From Cenococcum geophilum (Eukaryota): a stretch of DNA of 64,000 nt. The stretch is from contig CP158635.1 in NCBI GenBank assembly GCA_050273025.1, positions 13,826,001 through 13,890,000 of the forward strand. The letters are read 5' to 3'. Position numbers and translations under genes: made by a program. The notes beneath the pieces were generated by a model. It was given only the letters and a program-made list of their open reading frames with translations. It was not told the DNA's origin and ran no database searches. Positions 25,401-39,300 of the stretch are shown one piece after another. Numbering within the stretch: the first letter of the stretch is position 1; every line of letters starts with the position of its first letter.

Positions 25401-28066
25401 TATAATATATAGCTAGTTTAATAGCTAACTGTAAAGGCTATAAGCCCTTCTTAATAGTCGGCCTAAGTATAGAGAAAGAAGAGGCCGGACTTATAAAACG
25501 CGTAAGCTATAAGCTCTAAGTTATAGAGAAAATTGCATCTAAGGTTAGATAGATAAAGATAAACTTAATTATTAATAAGCTGTGAACTAGATACTAGGTT
25601 GGCTTATAAATTAGGGATATAAAGGACATTAGTAAGAATAAGCTCTCTCTTAACTCCTAGAACTATAAGTCTTAGGTATATATCTCCCTTTCCTATTAAC
25701 TAGAGACACGTTTCTCCAATTTTAGAGATAATAATCTTCTTATTAGCTTAAAGATCTTAATAGGTAATAAATAGCTCTCTTAACTAAAATATGTGCTAAG
25801 TATACTTAGTATTAATAATAATTGCAGAGGAGAGGTTAATATTTAGTTTAGCTATAAAATAAAGTTGTCTAGTAAGCTTAGAGGCGTAGGAGTAAGGAGG
25901 AATGCAAATAATATAGGGAACCCGCTACTAATAGGTAATAAGGTATAGTTGGCGAAGTAGGTTGCATATAAAGTAGCGTAAGTTCTTTTATAGGTTGTAT
26001 ATATAGGCTAATAGTTTCTATACTAATAGTAAAGGTTAAAGGGTAATTTATATAAGCAGCAAAAGACTATAAAAGAAGAATAGTATGCCGGCTATAAAGA
26101 GTCCGAAGGGAATAAATAAAAGATAATATAAGAGTGGATAGATCTGTAGTGAAGAATATCTAATATAATTAGAAATACGGGAGTTTCGGCTATAATTATT
26201 AAGGTATAATTATAGCCTAGTTAGCTTACTATGGAGTTAAAGCTTTTATAGCCACCTTATTTATTACTAGACTATAGTTAATTAAATAGCCATTTCTGCA
26301 TATTGCCTTAACTTAGTAAGAGGCTTACCATTTGTTATTGTTGCTAATAGTACTATAAGTAATAATGCAGATCCTAATAAGGAGTTGCTTTAATAGGCTC
26401 TTTATTATTTTTTAAAGTCCCTTTTATAAGTAGAGCGTGTATCTATTTCTACGGCTTTTTTAGGGTTTTCCTTTTACCAGATCTCCTTTAAGTAGGGTTA
26501 AAGGATCTAGTATCTGTCTTTCTAGTAGCTAGCGTGTTTATATGGCCTATAATATAGTTTATTATATTATTATTAGCCTTACTAATTATAATACTGCTAG
26601 CGGTAAGTGGCTTAATTTATGTGTGCTTGGAAAGCTACTAGTTAACTTTAAAGTATAAGTTGCTCTTATATATAGGTAAGGCTTTAAACTTTTAAGAGAG
26701 TAAGGGTCTTGTTAGTAAGGGAGTGTATAAGGTAGAATAATTCTTACTAGCCGTTAAAAGCAGAACTAAGACCATTAATAAACTTAGAGAGTAGGTCTAT
26801 TTGGTCTATAGTGTAGTTTTAGGTCTTAAGGTCTAAGTATATTTCCTTAAATTTAATAATGTATTCTTTAACGTTCTTATAGTTTACAAGAGTAAGGTTT
26901 TACTATTTAGCGTATATTTTAGTATATATCGCGTTTCCTTTTAGCTTAAATTCCGCGTATAAGATTTCTATTATATCCTTAATTTTAATATAGTCTTTAA
27001 TAAGGTTTTATTCGCGAGTGCTATAGGTTATAAAGATATAGTTTACTTCCTTAAGTTGCTTTCTCTTTTAAGCTTTAAGATCCGCCTAATAAGTTTTAAT
27101 AAGTTTATTATAAGCGTCTTTTTTAACCTAAGGTTAGTTTATAGCTAGTTTAGCTTCTAGGTTAACTAAAGCGTTTAAATTAAAGTTATTCTTAATTAGC
27201 TACTACCTAGTACCTTTCTTTTACTTCTTATAGTCTGTGGGGCTTTTAAGTGTCTAAATATTAGAGAGATTGATATTAGATTTAAAGTATTTAATTACTA
27301 TAATAACTTATAAGAGAGAAGTAAGTGTTTTAGTAAAAAGGTGGGAAACAATATTCTTTGGCTTGTGTACTATTACCTTTTTAGTATTTAGTGTAGTGCT
27401 AAGGATTTAACAACTAATAATAATAATAATGATAATAATAATAGCACTAGGAATAGTGATAGTAATAGGCAACTAAGATATTAATAGAAAACCTAATTTA
27501 AGGTTAATAGATAGTAATAGGCAACTAAGATATAGTAAGAAAAGCTAATCTTAATTAATAGGATGTCTAAAATTTCTAGAGTGTGTATATCTAAGTTAGA
27601 GTACGCATATCCGAATATTTAAAATATTTAGAGTGCGTATATCTAAGGTGTCTAAAGTGTATATATTTAAAATGTTTAGAGTATAAAGTATTTAGAGTAT
27701 ATATGTTTAAAATGTCTAGAGTATATATATCCGAAGTGTCTAGAGTATAAAGTATCTAGAGTGCGCATATCTAAAAAGTCTAAAGTACGTATATCCGAAG
27801 TGTCTAGAGTGTAAAGTATTTAAAGTGCGTATGTCTAAAATGTCTAGAGTGCGTATATCTAAGGTGTATCTTAAGACGTAATATATAGGTTACTACGCGA
27901 TAAAAGCGTCTCTAGGCTTATAACCTATTAAAATAGGTATAGTTTAATAATTATTTTTATTAAGTATATATATCTAAAAGGGTGGGGAAGCGATAATTAT
28001 ATAGAAGAGTGTTAGAGGTTTTACCCGATAAGAAGTAATACACGCTAATTGGAACCTACTTTAATA
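22409..28066 (-). mobile_element. Ty1/copia copy 2 (full length)
   Basis: LTRs at 22409-22549 and 27926-28066. TSD AGGGT at 22404-22408 and 28067-28071. Reverse complement of copy 1. Confidence 0.96.
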
Positions 28067-28366
28067 AGGGTAATAGCGGAATGTATAGCAGACACAGTAG
28101 AGAAATACGCCCTACTACTATAAAGCTAAATAGGGGCAAGAAAGAACCGCTTAATACTATTAGTACTTACGCTACTCGCTGCCACCATTAAATCTGCATG
28201 GGCGATGCGATAGGACTTTGTAGTATTAATGCTTAGCCTAGACATTAGTAGTGCCTACGACAATATACCCTATAAGCGTCTTCTACATATCCTTAGGGCA
28301 AAGGGCTTTTTAGAATGGATTATATAATTTGTTTAAGGGTTTATAAACCAAAAAGAAATATTACTG

Positions 28367-31300
28367 TATTAAAATAGGTATAGTTTGATAATTATTTTTA
28401 TTAAGTATATATATCTAAGAGGGTAGGGAAGCGACAATTATATAGAAGAGTGTTAGAGGTTTTACCTAATAAGAAGTAATATACGCTAACTGGAACTTAC
28501 TTTAACAGCCCCCCTTAAGCTAAATATAGGTAACAATATAAAGGTTATAAGAGACGTTAATATCTCTCTAAACCTAAAGCATCTCTAAATGCATAGAATG
28601 CATCTTTTAGTAGCGCCTTAGTGAAACTATTAGCCATTTATTAACTTATTTATATATATTCCAGCTTAATATCTTTATCTATAACCTTCTCCCGAATAAA
28701 TTAATATTGGAGAGCAATATACTTAGTTTAAGCGTAAAACTTAGGGTCTTTTATAAGAGTAATAGCACCTTAATTATTAGTGTAAATAATTATTACGTAA
28801 GGGGATTTGTTAGTTAGAGATAGTTCTTAAAGGAGTTATTATAACCAAATGGCTTTTTTTGCTGTAACTATCTATACCATATACTCTGCTTTATAGGTTA
28901 AGAGTACTACCATAGGTTAGCGCTTTAAGGACTAGCTAATTACACCGCTTCTAATATTAAATATAAATCCCGATATTAATCTTCGAGTTTCTAAGTCATC
29001 TGCCTAGCTAGAGTCTATAAACCCCTAAAGCGCTTATATCTCTCCTTAAAGGATAAGTTGGAGGTTAAGTATACCGCGTAAGTAGGAAAGTATTTAAAGA
29101 ATAGCTTATATATAAGACTTATTGGGATTAGAAGCAAAGTGACTAATAAGGGAGATGGCAAAGGCGATATTAGGTTAAGTACCGAGTATAGCGTATATTA
29201 AGGTGCCAACTAGCAATTAGTATTAAGTCTTAAACGCAGAGTTAGCCTAATAATCTACCGCCGCTGGTTAAAGATAAGAGGTTCCTATTAGCGTAAGGTA
29301 AGGGAAATAGTTCTAAAAACTAGCGCTATAAATAGCCTCTTTAAGGTAAGAGAATTAGCTAAGCCGTAGTTTATAGAGTTATTAATCTTAAGTTACTTTT
29401 ATACTAAGGTAATAAGTAATAGGGCCTAGATTGGTTATACTAAAGCGTCCGCTAAGTTAAGCTTTAATAATCTTAATATTAATAATATCTGGTCTAATAA
29501 GTAGGAGGTTATTAATGTAGACTGTAATATATATAGAACCTTTAGCGAAGACTAAAGAGTTAGAGTTAAGGGGTTTAAAACTAGCATCTATAAGGAACTC
29601 TAAGAGCGTTTAATACTAAACTTAAGGCGACTATTTAAGACCGTAAAGTGCTTTATTTAGATAACAAACCCGTCTAGTTCCATTATTAAAACCTTTAGGT
29701 TAATTAACGTAGATCTCCTCCTTAACGCTTCCGTAAAGGAAAGCGGTCTTAACGTCTATTTATTTAATCTTAAGGTCTTATACAGCTGCGATAGTAAAGA
29801 GCGCTTTATAGCTTATAGGTTTTATAATAAATACAAAGGTCTTATTAAAGTTAACCCTAGCTTATTATTTGTAACCCTTTACTACCTACCTTACCTTATA
29901 TTATATAATCCTTCCTTTACTATCCTACTTATACTTAAAAACCTATTAGGCGTTAAGAACTTTATAATTAAGAGGTTAATTAATAAGTGTCTAGGTATTA
30001 TTTGCTTTATAAAAGCTAATTTTGTCTTTACTAGCGGAGTACCATTTATTATTATTAATGTTAAGGGTAGATTATTTCCATAACCTTAGCTCGTAAGGTT
30101 TAACTATAGGGGAGTTACTAAGTATAGCGTAGAGGTATTTAAAGAAAGGGGTTAAAAAGTGGGTAAGCGCTAAGAATGCTGTAATAGGCGGGTTTTCTCT
30201 AATATTAACAGAATTGCGATACTTAAAAGGTAGTCAAGGCCTATTAGTAGCTACTAGACGTTTTAACTTCCGTAGGGGTATCTTATTAGTAGTAAGGCGC
30301 TTTAATTTTTAAGCTTTTTTAAGGAGCTGTTTCTCTTCTTAATGCTATTTACGTTGGGTAGCGTAATTAGGTAAAGCTTCTTCTCCCTTAAATTAAGCGT
30401 TAATATCTAGAGTATTAGAGTTATATTTAACATATTATTCTTAAATTTAACCCTTATTACTACCAGAAACTATTAAAACAGTCTCTTAAAAGTAGATAGC
30501 TAAGGCACGTATAAGCCGTCCTATCTCTTTATCTTAAATTTAAATAATATGTTTACCCTTAAAGCCGATAAGGTTCCCTAATCTTACCTTCTTATTTATA
30601 TAAGAGCTAAACTTCTTCTAACTGCTAGCCCTATACCAGACATTGTACCTAAAGGTGCGAATTTAGGAGTAATTAAAGACTTTGCCTTGCTCTATTTTGT
30701 AAGGGGTTTGTATTTCCGATGATTTAATAGGGAGGATATTTCGTATAAAGTTAGCGTACTTAACTACTTCTAGCTAGAAGTTCTTAGGAAGTAAGCAATT
30801 ATTTATAAAGGTAAAGGCTCGGTTATATATTATGCGATTAAGTTATTTTAAGGCTCTATTTTATTATTAACTCTCTAGGGTTGAGTATAAGAACTAAATT
30901 CCCTTATTCGCAAGTTCTAGCTAAAAAGCATATCTAAGATATTCTCCTCCGCTATTACTATATAGCCGTAAGATAAGACTTCCTTGTTATTTAACCTTCG
31001 CTTAATATTATTAAAAATAGAATAGGACTTTAGCCTTATACTTTATTAGGTAGACTTCGCTTATTTTATTAACTTTATCTTAAAAAGTAACGAAATATCT
31101 CGATCTATTATAGCTAGCTACTTTTATAGGTCCTTTAATATTAGAGAATATAACTTTATAAGGCTTAGTATTGTAGTTAATAAAAGAATCCCAATATATA
31201 ATATTGTGTATTTTGCTACGTAGGCAGGCTTTATAGGTGCAGTCGTAAAGGTCTAGTAAGTAAGTAAGGTTTATCCCTTTTAACATTCTTTAGAGCTTTT

Positions 31301-34037
31301 ATAAGTTCTAGGGGCTAATATAACCAAGCCTTTTATGCTATAACCTTTTAGCTAGGTTTTATGAGCTGCTATATAATATATAGCTAGTTTAATAGCCAAC
31401 TGCAAAGGCTATAAGCCCTTCTTAATGGTCGGCCTAAGTATAGAGAAAGAAGAGGCTGGACTTGCGAAATGCGTAAGCTATAAGCTCTAAGTTATAGAGA
31501 AAATCGCATCTAAAGTTAGATAGATAAAGATAAACTTAATTATTAATAAGCTATAAACTAGATACTAGGTTGGCTTATAAATTAGGGATATAAAGGATAT
31601 TAGTAAGAATAAGCTCTCTCTCGACTCCTAGAACTGTAAGTCTTAGGTATATATCTCCCTTTTCTATTAACTAGAGATACGTTTCTCTAATTCCAGAGAT
31701 AATAATCTTCTTATTAGCTTAAAGATCTTAATAGGTAATAAATAGCTCTCTTAACTAAAATATATACTAAGTATACCTAGTATTAATAATAATTGCAGAG
31801 GAGAGGTTAATATTTAGTTTGGCTATAAAACAAAGTTGTTTAGTAAGCTTAGAGGCGTAGGAGTAAGGAGGAATATAAATAATATAGGGAACCCGCTACT
31901 GATAGGTAATAAGGCATAGTTAGCAAAGTAGGTTGCGTATAAAGTAGCGTAAGTTCTTCTATAGGTTGTATACGTAGGCTAATAGTTTCTATACTAATAG
32001 TAAAGGTTAAAGGGCGATCTATATAAGCAGTAAAAGACTATAAAAGAAGAATAGTATGCCGGCTGTAAAGAGTCTAAAGGGAATAAATAAAAGATAATAT
32101 AAGAGTGGATGGATCTATAGTAAAAAACGTCTAATATAATCGGAAATACGGGAGTTTCGGCCACGATTATTAAGGTGCAATTATGGCCTAGTTAGCTTGC
32201 TATAGAGTTAAAGCTTTTATAGCCACCTTATTCATTACTAGACTATAGTTAATTAAATAGCCATTCCTATATATTACCTTAACTTAGTAAAAGGCTTACT
32301 ATTTATTGTTATTACTAATAGTGCTGTAGGTAATAATGCAGATCCTAATAAGGAGTTGCTCTAATAGGCTCTTCATTATTTTCTAAAGTCCCTTTTATAA
32401 GTAAAGCGCGTATCCATCTCTATGGCTTTTTTAGGGTTTTCCTTTCGCTATATCTCCTTTAAGTGGGATTAAAGGATTTAGTATCTATCTTCCTAGTAGC
32501 CAGCGCGTTTATATAGCCTATAATATAGTCTATTATATTATTATTAGCCTTACTAATTATAATACTGCTAGTGGTAAGAGGCTTAATTTATATGTGCTTA
32601 GAAAGCTACTAGTTAACTTTAGAGTATAAGTTGCTCTTATATATAGGCAAGGCCCTAAACTTTTAAGAGAGTAAGGGTCTTATTAGTAAGGGAGTGTATA
32701 AGGTAAAATAATTCTTACTAGCCGTTAAAAGTAGGACTGAGACTATTAATAAACTTAGAGAGTAGGTCTATTCGGTCTATAATATAGTTTTAGGTCTTAA
32801 GGTCTAAGTATATCTCCTTAAATTTAATAATGTATTCTTTAACGTTCTTACAGTTTATAAGAGTAAGGTTTCGCCATTTAGCGTATATTTTAGCGTATAT
32901 CGCGTCTCCTTTTGGCTTAAATTCCGTATGTAAGATTTCTATTATATCCTTAATTTTAATATAGTCTTTAATAAGGTTTTATCCGCAAGTGCTATAGGTT
33001 ATAGAGATATAGTTTACTTCCTTAAGTTACTTTCTTTTTTAAGCTTTAAGATCCGCCTAATAAGTTTTAACAAGTTTATTATAAGCGTCTCTCTTAACCT
33101 AAGGTTAGTTTATAGCTAGTCTGGCTCCTAGGTTAACTAAAGCGTCTAAATTAAAGTTATTCTTAATTAGCCACTACCTAGTACCTTTCTTCTACTTTTT
33201 ATAGTCTATGGGGCTTTTAAGTGTCTAAATATTAGAGAGATTGATATTGGACTTAGAGTATTTAATCGCTATAATAACTTATAAGAGAGAAGCAAGTGTT
33301 TTAGTAAAAAGGTGGGAAATAATATTCTTTAGCTTATGTACTATTACCTTTTTAGTATTTAGTATAGTGCTAAGGATTTAACGACTAATAATGATGATAA
33401 TAATAATAATAATAGCACTAGGAATAGTAATAGTGATAGGCAACTAAGACATTAATAGAAAACCTAATTTAAGGTTAACAGATAGTAATAGGCAACTAAG
33501 ATATAATAAGAAAAGCTAATTTTAATTAATAGGATATCTAAAATTTCTGGAGTGTATATATCTAAGTTAGAGTACGTATATCCAAATGTCCAAAATATCT
33601 AGAGTGCGTATATCTAAGGTATCTAGAGTGCGTATATCTAAAATGTCTAGAGTATAAAGTATCTAGAGTACGCATGTCTAAAATATCTAGAGTGCGTATA
33701 TCCGAAGTATCTAGAGTGTAAAGTATTTAGAGTACGCATATCTAAAAAGTCTAGAGTGTATATATCCGAAGTGTCTAGAGTGTAAAGTGTCTAAAGTACG
33801 CATATCTAAAATATCTAGAGTGCGTATATCTAAGGTGTATCTTAAGATATAGTATACAGGTCGCTGCGCGATAGAAACATCTCCGGGCTTATAACCTATT
33901 AAAATAGGTATAGTTTAATAATTATTTTTATTAAGCATATATATCTAAGAGGGTAGAAAAGCAACAATTATATAGAAGAGTGTTAGAGGTTTTACCTAAT
34001 AAGAAGTAATACACGCTAACTGGAACCCACTTTAACA
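28367..34037 (-). mobile_element. Ty1/copia copy 3 (full length)
   Basis: LTRs at 28367-28507 and 33897-34037. TSD TACTG/CACTG (one RIP-type change). Confidence 0.96.
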
Positions 34038-36378
34038 CACTGGTCTTTAGCGGATACTAGAGCCCCCCTATTGCAGTTACAACAGAAATACCATAAGGAT
34101 TACCCCTCTCGCCTATACTCTTCCTTTTCTTTATAAGCAACCTACTTGACTTCTTTAAGGAAGGGGCGACCTAGGGGATAGGCTTCGTTAACGATATAAA
34201 CCTAATCATATACGGGCTAACAGCCGTAGAGAATTGCAGAACACTAGAGAAAGCCTATAACACTTATATAGAATGGGCAAAATGTTATAAAGTCCAATTT
34301 TTACCAGAGAAATACTAGCTAATCCATTTCATAAGAAAACGCAACCAATCTGCAGATTTCTAGCATATAATTCACATTTAAGGCTTTAGGGGTTAACCAG
34401 TTCAGGGCCTAAGGGTATTAGGAGTATAGGTAGATAGTAAGCTCCGGTAGAGCGTATATACAGCATAAGCGGCCCGTAAAGGCTAAGTATAGTTTATCAC
34501 TTTATCTAGGATTGTTAACTCCACATAGGGTCTATGCTTTTAGAGGTCACGCCTACTATATACAGCAGTCGTCTGGCTAACCATAATATATAAATCTAGT
34601 ATTTGGGCCATTAGAGAAACTAAAAAGGGCCCCCCTAAATTACTCCTTAAACTACTTTAAAAGGTCTAAACAGCCTGCCTCTGGAGTATTATAGGCGGGT
34701 ATAAGCGAACGGCCATAGCACTGCTTAAAAAGGAATCCAATATTCCCCCCCTGCAGTTATATATTAAAGCCGCTATAATATAAAGAACGTAAAATAAACG
34801 CAACTTTAATGTTATAAAGTATATTAAGACACGCCTAAGTAAACTATAGAGGGACCCTAGGGTGCCCTATAGGAGAATAAACCAATAACTCTAAAGTAGG
34901 GAAGAGATATTAGAGAAACAGGTAAAAAAAGTAGAAGAAGAATAGTGCCGCTTTAGGGCCTAGGCCTATATAGAGGAAAAAAGGAGACGCGTAAGAGGTT
35001 AGTAAAGATAATAGTAAGATAAAGAAAGGAGCTAAAGTAGAACACGTAAGAATGCTAGGAAACCATCTACTGTAATACAATACTAGTTAGACTAACGCTA
35101 GAAAGGTAAATAGGAGTTAAAGGTACAGAGGCTAACTCAGGCAAGATAAACCCAAGCTATAGCATAGTTAACGCTATGGGGGGTAAATACCTAAGGGCTC
35201 TAAGAAGGCCTAATAAAGGCAGAAAACATAATAGCAACACTTTTAAAAACAGGAATAATAGGACTAAAAGATTGGCTTTACTAGGTAGGTATTCTAGTAG
35301 GTAGCCTAAGATATAAATGTGGCTAGCTAAAATAGACACTAAAACACGTAATACTGCTATGCCCCCTACGCACTAATTGAGAAATAATGCTCTTAGCAGC
35401 TAGCATAGAGAACTATAATACACTGCTCTCAACATAAAAAGGCCTTAAGGCGGTCACCCAGTGGCTTATTAGTTAAAATGTGCTAAATTAGTTCCGGGTT
35501 GCAAGGGAAATAGTAATAAAAGGCAAGGGGGCGAGCAGTAGGTGCCCCCTAGTAACTCTACAGTAGTAGAGTAATAGTTTGTAATACTAGCGCGTCCGTA
35601 GGCTTGTTACGGCAGCAGTAGTTCCTAAGAAGGTTAAACAGTAAGGTAGTAGAGCACTATAGGCGACTTATAGGCGCTAAGTAGGCGAGTCCTAAAAGGC
35701 GGGGAGATGGATTACGGGGTTTTCTTATTTTTCTTAAATAGAGTTTTCTCCCCATATGTAAATAAGGAGTAGTCCGCGTAGGCCCAATAGGGATCCAAAT
35801 TGGACGTTAAGCAATGAATTATTATTATTATTATTATTATTAATTATAACTATATTATATCCGTTACGGTCCCTAAGTAGTTTATAAAAGTCTATAGAGA
35901 TATGCTGCTAAGGGCGCTCTAGTATTAGGAGTAGCTTAAGTAGTCCTAGGGTCTTATCCCATGGGATTATAGCTCTCTAGCAGTCTTTATAGTTCCGTAT
36001 ATATCAATTAATATCTATAACCATTCTTGGCTAGTAGTAGCGGTAGTTAATAATTTTACGGGTCTTGTTTTTGCTAGGGTATGCCGTAGAGACTTAGCAA
36101 TAAGCTTTGCGGATTAGTTTGGTCCGTAGATTGTTAATATTAGGGACTATAAGCCGCTCCTAGTATAGGAGCAATTTTTCCTCCGTCTTAAAATCGGGGT
36201 TTTCTTTTACGGCTTATTCGCGGAGGGCCCTTAGGGCGTTAGCTGTATGGTTTATAGTTAGGAGGCGGTTAATTAGCCCTATTAGCTTATCTAAAAACTC
36301 CTCTATTAGTGCTAGCTTGTTTTACTAGGAGTCTAGCTCCTTAAGGATCTGCGGGTTAAGCTATTTTAGATAAAGGAG

Positions 36379-39300
36379 TGTTACGGGACAGGGGTAGTGG
36401 CTATAAGACGTATGTATTTAAGGAGTCTACAAGACATTACGCAATCAATCATAAGGGTCGAGGGCGTAAGGAGGTAATATACCTACGCGTAGCTAACATA
36501 GGCTGTACGCAAGATATACGCAAGAGCATGGGGCTCTCCTATGGAGGCCCCTACGGTGGGGTTCCGTAATACTACCCCCCCTCCTATAAAGGCGGAGCTC
36601 CGGCGACGCTGTAGTTACTATATATATATAGAAGGGACACTTAGGGTATAGAAAAGAAGAAGGGGGGGTATTGCTAAAGGCTTAAAACAACGTTATATAA
36701 TAAGGCTTAGTATCTAAAAATCCAACCAATTAGATAACTTTAACCGCCGGTTAAAGTTCCTAAACATCTTAACGATATTCCGGTCACATAATCGCACTTT
36801 GCCGCAATCTAACGGCAATTTGCCCCTACGTAGTAATATATAACGGTTTAACTCTATAAGGGCTCCTATAGAGGATTAGGTATAAAATCTCTGCTTAGGC
36901 CCGGTTTCTATAGGTTCGCGTAGTGAAAGTCGCTAATTAGATCTTTTGCATTTTCGAAGTCTTCCCATAGTTACCATTCTAGCTAATCTATGTCAAATCC
37001 TATGTATATAGCTCTATAGTAGAGCCGTCGTCCTCTGCCTTTACTAAAGTATTTAGAGTTAATAATTCGTTTAACGGTCCACTCCTCGTGGTTCTCGTCT
37101 TTATTCTTATCTCGGATTAGTACTAGTAGGGGTTTAGGCTATATCTGCCCCAGTAAGGGGTTAGGCTGGTAAAGGTGTAGTAGCTATAGGTAAAATATAG
37201 GCTATATCCCGCGGGTGGCTAGGGCAGGCGGGAGCTCTAGCTTATATGCGGCTCCCCTATTAATAACTCGTTTAATTAGGTAGGGGCCAAGGTTCTTATA
37301 ATTAAGTGACTTTATAGGCCTTTATATAGAGATATTATATATATCTAGCTATACCTAGTTGCCAACACGCATCTCCGGTGGTGGCGTTCTATAATAGTTA
37401 GCGAAGTAGGCCTACTTTGCTTAAGCCTAGGCCATTTCTCCCTTACAGTAGTTAAGTAGATTTTTTATGTGGTCTGTATGCTAGTTAGTAAGTAGCATCT
37501 TAAGGCGTTTTCTATATGGCAGTTTCTTATTAATAGGTTCTAGTGGTTCTATGCCGGATTAGGGGTAATATCCCTTATTCGCGAAGAACGAGGTAAGTCC
37601 TATAGTAGTTAAGACGTAATTATTCACTACAAATTTACCTAGTGGGAGGTAATCCACCCAGTTATCTTGACTATAGGCAACTACCTATCGTAGGTACGCT
37701 TTTATACTAGCATTAGCGTTTTCCGGTTACCTAGCAGTTTCGTAGTAAAAGGATATAGATATCTTAACGGAGATGCCAAGGCGTTAGTAGATTCGTCTCT
37801 ATACATCAGAGCCAAACTATATGCCTCAGTTAAACGTAATTAAGTTAGGTAACCCATGTAATCGGTAGATTTTACAAAAAAAGGCGTTAGTGACGTTGCT
37901 AACGGCTACGCCTTCGGTTAGGACGTAGTGGCGCTCTTTTATAAGTCGGCATATTATTATAAGGATGTTCTTATAGGTACGGCCATATCGCTTATAGGGT
38001 GGTAGGTTAACAACGAAATCTATAGCGATATCTGCCCATTATTATATAGGTACTAGTAGAGGGTATAGTAGTCCTTAGTACTTTATATTAAAAGCCTTAG
38101 CGCGCTTATAACCATAGTAGGCGCCTATAAAGTGTTTAACTAAGTCTATTATTTTAGGCTAGAAGTAGTATCGGCTAAGAAGCTTATAGGTTACTCCTTT
38201 GCCTGGGTGGCCGCTTAATTAGAGATTATAGGCCATTTAGATTAGTTGCCGTTATAGATTTTCTAAGTTAGGGATAAATAGACAGCCTCTATAATAAAGC
38301 CTGTTCTCTTTTACTTTTAAGGCTGCTATATTAATCTAGCCTAAGCTTTAGAGTTTAGTCGGCAGCGTATAGGCGCCGGCAGTCTTTACGGCAATAAGTT
38401 AATGCAGTAATAGGTCAATAGAGGTGTTATATGCCGTAGTAATAAGCTCGTTGATTTCGGGAGGTAATTCTAGTTTTATAGTGTGGAGCTGAGGTACGGT
38501 TGGCTTTATTGTAGGTAGTATACCTAGGGCTAAATTCCGTGCTTTTAGAATTGTTTATTGTTGGAACTGGTTATAGGGGTTATCTTTAGACTAAGGAAGG
38601 TCTTATAAGCGGCGTATTAGGCTATTAGGCTTAGTACCTTATACTCCTAGCCTATATACAATTTTAAAGTTAAAACTAGAGAGGAACTCGTTCCAGCATA
38701 CTTGGCGTTAGTTTAGCTATTTCGTAGTTATAAAGTACTCAAGGTTACAATAATCCATAAGGACTTTAGTTGGCTAATTAGGTTCTACTAAGGAGAGTTC
38801 CGGTTAGAATTCCTTAAACGCTTATATAATTATAAGAAGTTCCTTATTATAGATCTTATAGTTATATTCTTATAGTATAAGCTTAGACGAATAGAATGCG
38901 ACTAGGTAGAGAAAACCGTTGTCGCCCATTTAGGAAAGGACGCCTGCGTTAACGTAGTCTAAGGAGTTAGTCTTAAGATAGAGTTGTCGTCCTAGTATAA
39001 AGTGAGCTAGGATAGGTACTTTAGTAAAAGTATCTTTAAGGTCTTAGAACGCCTTCTCGCATTTAGGCGTTTAGATAAAACGTAGATATATTTTTCTTCC
39101 TTTTACGGAAAGGCCCTTTATTCGCATTATTGCTATAAGTAGTGCTATAACACCTAAGAAGTTATATATAAATTTTTAATAGAAGTTAGCAAAACCAAGG
39201 AAAGCTTATACATCTTTAATATAGTTAGGGGTTTACTATTTAGTAATTATACGTACCTTCTTAGGGTCCATACGGACACCCTTAGTAGTAATAATTAGTT

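Larger units (their letters stand above)
20790..35570 (+). pseudogene. LINE-B ORF2 (APE endonuclease, RT, CCHC), split by copia copies 2 and 3
   Basis: LLGDINLYYPR*GG ~21180, DYIPI ~21423, SYRPIALENTLSKIL ~22356, LDISSAYDN ~28240, P*GLPLSPILF ~34091, GFVNDIN ~34181. Confidence 0.9.
18930..35840 (+). mobile_element. Full-length LINE-B (Tad1-like) carrying two nested copia elements
   Basis: 14-bp TSD TAATTATAACTATA at 18916-18929 and 35841-35854, (ATT)n tail, and ORF1 plus endonuclease-RT ORF2. Confidence 0.94.

Noticed and set aside
22409..34037. Tandem or segmental duplication, or assembly artefact, of the copia
   Set aside because: The copies have distinct TSDs, independent RIP mutations and a private ~14-bp deletion in copy 2 (~24400).
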